64,000 bases of DNA from Candidatus Hodarchaeota archaeon (lineage in GTDB: Archaea > Asgardarchaeota > Heimdallarchaeia > Hodarchaeales > Hodarchaeaceae), in assembly GCA_016840035.1 (NCBI GenBank), contig JAEOTC010000077.1, forward strand, positions 1 to 64,000, given 5' to 3'. Position 1 is the stretch's first letter. The number at the start of each line of letters is the position of its first letter. A program made the translations under genes and the position numbers. The notes under the pieces are model-generated. The model did no database searches. It was not told where the DNA came from and saw only the letters and a program-made list of their open reading frames with translations. Below are positions 10,301 to 17,530 of the stretch, in pieces.

Positions 10301-10537
10301 GAAGGACAAAAAAATTGCGGGTTCTGCACCCAAAGATTAACATGTCCTATCTGTCTAAAAAGCGTGATTAAAGCCTCAGATGTCGATTTAGTAGAATGTA
10401 CACAGTGTTCAAATATCTTCCATAGACCGCATTTGCTTCAAAGTGTGAAAATGAGACATGAGTGTCCAATATGCCATGTTCGTCTTACTGAACGAATGGT
10501 CTTGACATTACCGTCAATTCAATTCCAATTCTACTAA
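7337..10537 (+). CDS. Large alpha-helical (solenoid-like) protein with C-terminal Zn ribbon and RING-like finger; putative E3-ligase-like protein
   Basis: ~950 aa of Leu/Ile-rich amphipathic helices, a Ser/Gln linker, CPKC-x10-CGFC, then CPIC...CTQC-x4-H-x2-H...CPIC; start may be ATG 7421. Confidence 0.7.
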   Translation: MNLLPSIVNFLRSENSKSPIAISGISTAMQKTDYEKVSFGRVPFVWKKKISNLAKEDPEQAIKVFFSNFQMNNEPKQMIYGFEQTLPQSMVYILNHLEELNSERFEYLISMFNDSNFLDSLLSVGKTEQTKFLDRMVQNWDIVDKSIIQRILSQLNPELSEKSYKDLVTAENNSLIELLSFWVKCDVRVLYLVLTNYIIQPTDLILPLLRKTPKESLITACNAQNLPGKLSPKKIEPFLKMFDETQEEINYLFPKFSSSSSKAQQSFLDWLIAKKIPVRKLLGTIPPSDQVKTKALFISYFSLISKDEKAEELNILTKIVDFSLYQTASFVLEFLDKKKDTVALDYLDSLLMIFQKDLEKHLEFFASAFQKYSINEKQRLITTYFKTEEEIIGKILLPSINTLKTSQWKKLIEQIIQQRYYIDKNRVFLLLNSFNAKIINAMSKYIIKTQYLPQLSFLYSNYEFFRPLLTTSEPIDTTVYSHLAESMKTHFTTHFDEIIVYGSKITFPKSIIASGFTEKEVSKLVSGVGFEKTLIIAWEEVFLLRPDESLPLFLKQFASKTKKSKDPIVSITKKLIDIESGTFWKYISSLSNRSLSKYRDLLIHALDKSIPLLSEILISLPRTHTTYLGKSIIPEFEAKSQEMLYAILSVNESSFLNHKSVDGFILSILKQNPRNLIFPALMRLSALESDSSLLEFVKKLFSSIISKYPRVTIEIIDDHALSSFSPSVAVYFDSLTEKKLRILLKYIILQLKTKCLKPTLIDQCLSQFRHSNNNYRLLQEITTADPSKEFSTEGRSLLSSVTKQIVGTSIENDVKILALVKNSHTSIREELLGAYFEKIPQNTLDYVLSDQTIDISDELTVRALTIRFAKRPPQAPEEFYLSLYQQSTRNEIKRAVLPLVGEYCSWTNLPFLMELPERNEFKQEYSAAIKKFIQRFEIESEDTLFRIWSSGLKDIYDKRGQASQVSTSPSKQRSSYQSNCPKCNNPILEGQKNCGFCTQRLTCPICLKSVIKASDVDLVECTQCSNIFHRPHLLQSVKMRHECPICHVRLTERMVLTLPSIQFQFY

Positions 10538-10556
10538 AAAATTAAAGGGGGAGAAA

Positions 10557-11030
10557 CTATCCTCCTGGGGACCCATGTGAAATTGAATCCTTCCAAGTAA
10601 GATCCCAAAGATCCTGTTCAGTGAGAGTTTCTTTTTCAACCACCATTTTATGAATCTTCTTAAGAAGAGCATGGTGCCTAACTTCATCGTTTAAAATATA
10701 CTTAATGATTAGAATCTCGCTTTCTCCTTCAACAGTCTTTAACAGTTCCTTATATGTATCAATAGCATGTTGTTCTAGTTTGATATGCCTTTCTAGATTC
10801 TCCTTCAATTGATCTGTAACTTTCTCATCAATAAGAGGATTTTTTCCTTCTTGGGCAGCGAGTAATGAAGTCAGTAATGATGCATGCTTATTAGAATCAC
10901 TTGCTATTCCTTCAATTAATTCTTTGACCATGCGGTTTTTGATATCTTTGACAGCCTCATGGGCAGCTTCAACGATGTCTTTTTCAAGTTGTATTTGTTT
11001 CTTAAAGAATTCAACACGTTCCATATGCAA
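10557..11030 (-). CDS. Ferritin/rubrerythrin-like four-helix-bundle protein
   Basis: Duplicated E...(D/E)xxH-type di-iron motifs (QLEKD...DSNKH; KLEQH...DEVRHH); C-terminal WKDSISHGSPGG tail. Confidence 0.8.
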   Translation of the reverse strand: MHMERVEFFKKQIQLEKDIVEAAHEAVKDIKNRMVKELIEGIASDSNKHASLLTSLLAAQEGKNPLIDEKVTDQLKENLERHIKLEQHAIDTYKELLKTVEGESEILIIKYILNDEVRHHALLKKIHKMVVEKETLTEQDLWDLTWKDSISHGSPGG

Positions 11031-11135
11031 TTTTCTTCCAATAGTGTTATATAAGAGAAAGAACTCGTTCTCAAATATAGTTTTTTTGGAGAGAGGTGAA
11101 TAGAGAATTTTTGGGAATTAATGAAATCAAAGTCC

Positions 11136-12602
11136 TTATTTGAGGGAGAAATCCGAAGAAACTAGTTTTTGTACCTCTTTCAAGTAATCAAACACTTGAG
11201 TTTCCTCAATTCGATTTAACACAGGTAGATTCTGTAGATAAACTGTTTTCAGCTGTTTCATCTGATTTGTTAGCTCTTCTTTTTCCATAGTGACCATTGT
11301 TTGATAGAGATTCAACCCTTTCTCCTTAGTGATTCTCAGAGCTTGGTTTAAGTACGCATTAGCATCTTCAAGATCACCTTCGATTAGAGAAAACTTAGAT
11401 TGGAGAATTAGACCTTCAATGGATATGGGAGTTTGTTTTCTCATTTTCTTAATTAAATCCTGTACTTCTTTATATACAATTTCTTCCCCCAATGCCTTAT
11501 ATTCCTGTAATAGGAGCTGGGTTAGTTTTAGTCTTACTAATAATGATATTTCATGATCCTCAATATTCTCTTTTTCGATCTTAGAAAGAATCTTTTCCGC
11601 TTCAGCTTTATCCCTCAAGCGTGGTTTTTCGCTGAAAATTAATGCATTAGCCAATCGGAGTCGAATCAGCATAATTGGATTTCTAGTATTCTGTGTGATG
11701 GTTTCTAAATCTTGTAAAATATGTTCTGCTCGGATTATATCAGATTTACTTAGAAATGCCCTAATAAGCATGAAATAAATACTTGATTGTTCAAATTTAT
11801 TTCCCAGGGCAAGATAATATTCTAGAGCTCTTTGGTAAAACTCGATACACATCTTTAACTCGTTTTTCTTGAATAGAACCTTCCCTATTTCTTCATAACA
11901 TTGGGCAAGATAATAGTAATTTTTAATTTTATAATCAGAGAGCTTGTTTGCACGTTCAAGACTTTTCTGGTAACAAGATAAAGCCTTATTTATATCACCA
12001 CGCTTTTCATTAATCCTTCCGCGCGTATTAGATAACTCGATCAGTATTGGTGATGCCAGAGCCTTTTCATCTTGACTGAACTTTGAGACCAATAAATTGC
12101 CTGTTCCAATACAGTTGAGACTCTCTTTATACCTCCCAAGTTGATAATGAGCCTGAGCAGAAAATAGAATCGCGTTTAACTGTAGAAATTTATGCTGAGA
12201 AATCCCAAATTGATCTTTGGATGATCTATACTCAAGATATCTGTTATAAGCTTTATTAGCTACCTCCTCTGCAAGAACTAAAGATTGCTGAATGTTACCC
12301 TCATTCCTCAATATTCTACTCTTGATTAATTGACACTTCAATTCTAATTCTGATTCTTGATAAACATCTAAGGCTCCTAAATTACTTTCGGGTTTTATAC
12401 CTTGAAGGTTCGCCTTTATGTATTTACTTATTTTTAGAGTGGTCTCATATCCCCAGCGGTGATTAAGAAAATCTAAATATCCCTCATCTATCAGGGATTT
12501 GATCATAGTTTCAGATTCATCAAGTTCAAAATCATTTTCGCTCAATTCTTTGTTACTAGAATTCACATTGTCCGATTTGGTAAGTTTATGCATTTCCCTC
12601 AA
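11136..12602 (-). CDS. Tetratricopeptide-repeat (TPR) protein
   Basis: Repeated TPR signatures (GRYKESL, GDINKALSCYQKSL, YQRALEYY, GDLEDANAYLNQAL). Confidence 0.8.
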   Translation of the reverse strand: MREMHKLTKSDNVNSSNKELSENDFELDESETMIKSLIDEGYLDFLNHRWGYETTLKISKYIKANLQGIKPESNLGALDVYQESELELKCQLIKSRILRNEGNIQQSLVLAEEVANKAYNRYLEYRSSKDQFGISQHKFLQLNAILFSAQAHYQLGRYKESLNCIGTGNLLVSKFSQDEKALASPILIELSNTRGRINEKRGDINKALSCYQKSLERANKLSDYKIKNYYYLAQCYEEIGKVLFKKNELKMCIEFYQRALEYYLALGNKFEQSSIYFMLIRAFLSKSDIIRAEHILQDLETITQNTRNPIMLIRLRLANALIFSEKPRLRDKAEAEKILSKIEKENIEDHEISLLVRLKLTQLLLQEYKALGEEIVYKEVQDLIKKMRKQTPISIEGLILQSKFSLIEGDLEDANAYLNQALRITKEKGLNLYQTMVTMEKEELTNQMKQLKTVYLQNLPVLNRIEETQVFDYLKEVQKLVSSDFSLK

Positions 12603-12725
12603 CTACCCAAATAAGCCAAGATGCAAAGAGAGCTCTTCAACTATATAAAATCGATAGTCGAAATGGTGTGAAGGAAAAGCAAAAAAGTGTAGATTTCCAG
12701 AAAAAGGAAAGAAAAAAGATGAGAA

Positions 12726-13535
12726 TTAGTCTAAGGGAGCATCTGGAAAAGCTACAATGCGGCACATCGAAGATTCTAATTCTATACCGCGAAGTGGGAA
12801 ACATCCTATCCATGTGCGCTTGTTGGTCAATGCAGGATCATCAGGAATCCATAAATTTTCAGCATGAATAACACCTTTCGGAAAGAGTTCAAGATGCATA
12901 ATTTGGTAGAACTTAGAAGGTGGGAACATCTCATCCCAGCTACTCACACCAAACTTTTTCGTCAGTTTTTCTTCTGCTTCAACAAATGACTTCGGATGCC
13001 AATCACGTATAATAGTATTCATCGGATGGTCAGCTGATCCACAATCGACCCCTATCCACTTGAATTTCATATCTATTGCCCATTGAGGGAAATCAGCGTC
13101 AGGACCTGGGTGTTTTACAAAATATCTCACTTCATCACTCTCAGGTTGATCCCACGCATATCTCTGATAGCCAGTTTTTATCAGGAGGATGTCCCCTTTC
13201 TTTATATCTGCTTTTTCCATTAATAGATCTGGGGAATACAGATCATAATCAGTCATTTCATTGGATATATCAACAACTACACCTGAACCACAAAATTCTT
13301 CTAACTCCATTTCACCTATGGTCCTTCCTGCAGCAAAGAAATGTATTTCACCATCAATATGCGTACCAACATGATTACTAGTCTTTATAATTTGTCCATT
13401 GGCTCCTTGTCCCATGTGGGCTCCTGCAATTCGTTTAAAATACTGTAATTGCAACGGCATGTAACTTGGCCAAGGAGGCGTATGTATAGAGAGACGTTGT
13501 GTCAAATCAATCATTCTAAAGGTCATTTTTATCAC
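12726..13535 (-). CDS. Cyclase-family (kynurenine formamidase-like) metal-dependent hydrolase
   Basis: IDLT, HVGTHIDG (HxGTHxD), GDILLIKTG, GVDCGSAD, HAENL, CRIVA. Confidence 0.9.
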   Translation of the reverse strand: MIKMTFRMIDLTQRLSIHTPPWPSYMPLQLQYFKRIAGAHMGQGANGQIIKTSNHVGTHIDGEIHFFAAGRTIGEMELEEFCGSGVVVDISNEMTDYDLYSPDLLMEKADIKKGDILLIKTGYQRYAWDQPESDEVRYFVKHPGPDADFPQWAIDMKFKWIGVDCGSADHPMNTIIRDWHPKSFVEAEEKLTKKFGVSSWDEMFPPSKFYQIMHLELFPKGVIHAENLWIPDDPALTNKRTWIGCFPLRGIELESSMCRIVAFPDAPLD

Positions 13536-13687
13536 TTTGTAGGTAAAAAATTACGTATATACAATTTTTGATATTAGGTTCATTTATTTTATTCTTCGTT
13601 TGTTAGGTTTACTTTTTCCCCTATCTATCAATGTTGTTCAAGGACCATAGTTGTATGTATTCAGGGGAATAAATAAAAATTATTTCA

Positions 13688-13936
13688 CTAATGGAAGGTA
13701 ATCACATGATATAGGCGTCGGAGAAAAAGTATATTTTGGAAACCGAAAAAAATAGTCACATAAATCAGTGCTAGAACCAGTATCTCCCAAATTAACTTTT
13801 TGTAAGGATTTTCGTGAAAATAAAATCTGATATTACTGATGAAAAGTAGAATGAGGAAGAGTTGAAAACAATGTTTTGAAGACTTCCTAGGTTTTGGGTT
13901 ATTCGTCATTCTTTTCTGTTCCCCCAAATTATTCAA
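13688..13936 (-). CDS. Possible small two-TM membrane protein (uncertain)
   Basis: Only ORF in a 585-bp gap; two hydrophobic segments; no recognisable motif. Confidence 0.3.
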   Translation of the reverse strand: MNNLGEQKRMTNNPKPRKSSKHCFQLFLILLFISNIRFYFHENPYKKLIWEILVLALIYVTIFFGFQNILFLRRLYHVITFH

Positions 13937-14119
13937 TATTCTCTTCTTTGTAATTGCTCTTGTACAAATTGAATATTGATTCTCCCTTCAGTAAACTACT
14001 TTCTAGAGTGTTAATGATTTTAGATTCCTCTGCGAGGCCAAAGAATAAAAATATCTTCTCCCCATAGTTAGGGTATTCACTAGGAAATCAAAACCTATTA
14101 TTACGAGGCGATTGAGAGT

Positions 14120-14515
14120 ATGTCACATTTTACGATTATAAAAACACAAATCAAAGATCGTGAGTGTTTAATCGAAGCGTTATTAAACCTAAATTATGTT
14201 GTAAAGGAGAACGTTCCAATCCTTGGATATGCAGGACGGAAAACACGTGGAGACGTTGTTGTCAAAACGGGAAAACAATATGATGTGGGATTTAACAGGT
14301 GTCCTGAAGAGATCTATCAGATGGTTGCGGATTGGTATGGTGCAAGAAGAGCAGTTGGTCGTTCGGAGTCTGAATTCTTAGGTGAAGTGCAAAGGGAATA
14401 CTCGACCATCAAAGTGATTCGTTCAGTCAAAGCTAAAGGTTATAGCATACAATCTAGGACTGAAGCAGAAACTGGAGAAATTCACTTAGTAGCAGTTAAA
14501 CGAGGTTGGCAATAA
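14120..14515 (+). CDS. DUF1257 / Ycf35-like protein
   Basis: MSHFTIIKTQIKD...L..AL, GY.G, YDVGF, MVADW...QREYS consensus. Confidence 0.88.
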   Translation: MSHFTIIKTQIKDRECLIEALLNLNYVVKENVPILGYAGRKTRGDVVVKTGKQYDVGFNRCPEEIYQMVADWYGARRAVGRSESEFLGEVQREYSTIKVIRSVKAKGYSIQSRTEAETGEIHLVAVKRGWQ

Positions 14516-14721
14516 TGAGTGTACAGCAAACAGAAATTGCGATAACAATTGATAAACAAGGGAATGTCTCCTATACGGTGAAGGGGCTGAAAGGAAAGGA
14601 TTGTGTCAAAACCACAGAATTTCTAGATCAGGCTTTAGGTGAGGTCACAAAACGGGAGCATACTCGTGAATATTATGAAAGAAAAGTGAAGATAACAGAT
14701 CGTGTCGAAACAACTCGATGA
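14515..14721 (+). CDS. DUF2997 small protein
   Basis: I.I.IDKQGNV...VKGLKGKDC...T..L..ALG.V......EYY; ATG overlaps the upstream stop (TAATG). Confidence 0.85.
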   Translation: MSVQQTEIAITIDKQGNVSYTVKGLKGKDCVKTTEFLDQALGEVTKREHTREYYERKVKITDRVETTR

Positions 14722-14736
14722 TTAAAATGGGTGTAA

Positions 14737-16275
14737 ATGATGACAGATTTAATAGAAAGTCAACCAGAAGAAGTTGCAACACTTATCAGGGCAAGGTACT
14801 CAATTATATACATTGTTTCATGGGAAGAAGCTCGGATCACGCTTACCTTAAACAATATAACCGCTGAAAGTGAAAAACGACTTATTATCTGGAGTACAAC
14901 GGAAGGGTTCAAAGACTTAAGTGGGAAAGCGGTTGATGCCGCAGCAACTGATCCATTTGCAGCATTAAATTACATTGTTGACTACAGTCGTCCAGCGGTA
15001 TTCCTACTAAAGGATTTCCATCCTTTTATGAAGGATCCCGTCATTATCAGAAGATTAAGGGATTTGAAAGAACCATTAGATAAACTGAGAAAATCGTGTG
15101 TCATTGTCTCTCCAGTCTTGTATATTCCAACTGAATTAGAAAAAACCATCACGGTAATTGATTGGGATTTACCCGATTTGGACATCTTAAACAATGTCCT
15201 CCAGAGCATCGTTGAACCTATGCGCGAAAATCCGAAAGTAGACGTGAATCTTACGGAAGAACAGCAGGAGCTCGTATTAAAGTCTGCATTAGGATTAACT
15301 TTAGTTGAGGCAGAGAATGTATTCGCTAAAAGTCTAGTTAAGGCCAAATCTTTCAATCCAGATATTATTATAAGAGAAAAGGAACAAATCATCAAAAAAT
15401 CAGGGATCTTAGAGTTTTATCAACGAGTTGAGAAACTTGACTCGATTGGAGGCTTGGATAATCTTAAGAATTGGTTAACTAAGAGAAGTAAAGGATTCAC
15501 AGAAAAATCTAAAGACTACGGCTTACCTGCCCCTAAAGGGGTAATGTTAATAGGTATAGCAGGATGTGGAAAGAGCCTTACAGCAAAAGCCATAGCTTCG
15601 CTTTGGAAGCTTCCTTTACTACGATTAGATGTAGGGAGATTGTTTGGAGGAATCGTTGGGGAGTCCGAGCGAAATATTCGAAAAGCTATCAAAATTGCAG
15701 AATCTGTAAGTCCAGCTATTTTATGGATTGATGAAATTGAAAAAGGATTCAGCGGCATCCGATCGAGTGGCCAAACAGATGCCGGAACAACAAGTCGAGT
15801 ATTTGGAACATTTATAACTTGGCTTCAGGAAAAAGAGGATCCAGTATTTGTTATTGCTACTGCTAACGATGTAAGTCAATTACCTCCTGAATTACTAAGA
15901 AAAGGTAGATTTGATGAGATCTTCTTTGTAGATCTACCTTCAGATTCTGAAAGGACGGACATTTTCAGAATCCATTTTGAAAAAAGAGGACGTGATCCTA
16001 AAAAATTCGATATAAATGCATTAACAGGATTGACCACTGGTTTTTCCGGCGCAGAAATAGAGCAGGTAATAATAGAGGCGATGTTTGAGGCTTTCTTCGA
16101 TGATCGTGAGGTAGAAACCACAGATATAATGAATGCGATCGATGAAACCGTCACATTATCGAGACTTATGAAGGATGAAATTTCGGATCTTCGGACATGG
16201 GCGACTTCACGTGCGAGATATGCCTCAAAAACTGAACAGCAAACAGAAAGGAAAATTGATATTGAAATTGATTAA
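14737..16275 (+). CDS. Ycf46-like AAA+ ATPase
   Basis: LIRARY..IY..SWEE.R N-terminus, degenerate first AAA (VFLLKDFH), Walker A GIAGCGKS, Walker B LWIDEIEK, ATAN, PPELLRKGRFDEIFFVDLP. Confidence 0.92.
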   Translation: MMTDLIESQPEEVATLIRARYSIIYIVSWEEARITLTLNNITAESEKRLIIWSTTEGFKDLSGKAVDAAATDPFAALNYIVDYSRPAVFLLKDFHPFMKDPVIIRRLRDLKEPLDKLRKSCVIVSPVLYIPTELEKTITVIDWDLPDLDILNNVLQSIVEPMRENPKVDVNLTEEQQELVLKSALGLTLVEAENVFAKSLVKAKSFNPDIIIREKEQIIKKSGILEFYQRVEKLDSIGGLDNLKNWLTKRSKGFTEKSKDYGLPAPKGVMLIGIAGCGKSLTAKAIASLWKLPLLRLDVGRLFGGIVGESERNIRKAIKIAESVSPAILWIDEIEKGFSGIRSSGQTDAGTTSRVFGTFITWLQEKEDPVFVIATANDVSQLPPELLRKGRFDEIFFVDLPSDSERTDIFRIHFEKRGRDPKKFDINALTGLTTGFSGAEIEQVIIEAMFEAFFDDREVETTDIMNAIDETVTLSRLMKDEISDLRTWATSRARYASKTEQQTERKIDIEID

Positions 16276-16295
16276 AGAAATGGTGAATTTCACTC

Positions 16296-17528
16296 ATGAA
16301 ACGAAAAAGTATCCATTTTTGTCACTTAACTGATTCTCATCTTGGAAACCGTCAGTATGGCCTTCTAGAACGATTTGATGATTTTGCACGAGCACTCTCA
16401 TATTCAATCAATAGCTGTATCAACCTTAGACCTGATTTTGTGATTATGACTGGTGATTTGTTTGAGAACGCCAAGCCTCAAGCTCCAGAACTTCGCCAAG
16501 CAGTGAAGATCTTGGGAAAACTACAAGAAGCCGAAATCCCCTTGATTATTTCCCAAGGAAATCATGATGTTTCATATTCTCGGGCAAGACGTTATGGGGG
16601 GGATATTTTGGAATTCTTAGCTGATTTAGACATCGGAATTCAATATATTCAGGATGAGATAGCCTATATTGAACTGGATGACGAAAAGACGGTTCAAATT
16701 CTTGCAGTCAATTATTATGGAAAACGGACCGATAAAATCCTACAGCAATTAATTCGTCAAAATTCGTCAGAGCTTGAAGCTTTCAAAGGCCTTAAGCTGT
16801 TGATGATTCATGCATTTGTGGAGGGAATGCCTGGTGCAACAGATGTGAAATTACGCACAATAAAACGAGGTAATTTTGATTATATCGCAGTAGGACACTT
16901 GCATGAACGCTGGGAAAATAAAACCCATCATATCTATTGCCCTGGATCAACAGAACATACTAGTGTTTCAGAATGGAAGCAACCTGAACGAGGATTATAC
17001 GATGTTAGAAATGTTCGTATAGACGATCATTGGGTCTCAGAAGTCGAGTATGTGCCCATCTCTACCAGAGAGAAGATCGAATATACACACAAATTTCGTA
17101 GTACTAGTGTTACTGAGATCAGAGAGGAGGCAGAGGCGATTTTACTTAAAAATGATAAAACAGATGCCATCGTTCGGTTCGTATTCCAAGGAGATTACAA
17201 GGGAAAAGAGCATCCGTTTATAAATCTTGAATATTTTAAGCATATTCCCAAGAAAGCTCTCCATACAATAATCGTCCCAAAATTTCTTGAAGTAGAAAAA
17301 AAAGGTATTGCAAAGAAAATTCTTACAAAACGGGAAGCTTACGAAGGGCTGATAACCAGGAACTATGAATTACCTTCTAAACTCACAGATGATTATATTT
17401 CCTTGATTGAAGATTCTATCCGTATAATCGAGGGTAATGCAAAAATTTCTCATCAAGAAACCCTACTTGATAAGCGCTACTCACAGTTTGCAAAAAATTT
17501 AATAGTGAAATCTAGTGAGGAGGGGTAA
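16296..17528 (+). CDS. mre11: DNA double-strand break repair nuclease Mre11 (SbcD family)
   Basis: DSHLG..QY, TGDLF, GNHD, HA, YIAVGHLH, PGSTE; GGTGA SD; adjacent to rad50. Confidence 0.9.
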   Translation: MKRKSIHFCHLTDSHLGNRQYGLLERFDDFARALSYSINSCINLRPDFVIMTGDLFENAKPQAPELRQAVKILGKLQEAEIPLIISQGNHDVSYSRARRYGGDILEFLADLDIGIQYIQDEIAYIELDDEKTVQILAVNYYGKRTDKILQQLIRQNSSELEAFKGLKLLMIHAFVEGMPGATDVKLRTIKRGNFDYIAVGHLHERWENKTHHIYCPGSTEHTSVSEWKQPERGLYDVRNVRIDDHWVSEVEYVPISTREKIEYTHKFRSTSVTEIREEAEAILLKNDKTDAIVRFVFQGDYKGKEHPFINLEYFKHIPKKALHTIIVPKFLEVEKKGIAKKILTKREAYEGLITRNYELPSKLTDDYISLIEDSIRIIEGNAKISHQETLLDKRYSQFAKNLIVKSSEEG

Positions 17529-17530
17529 GA

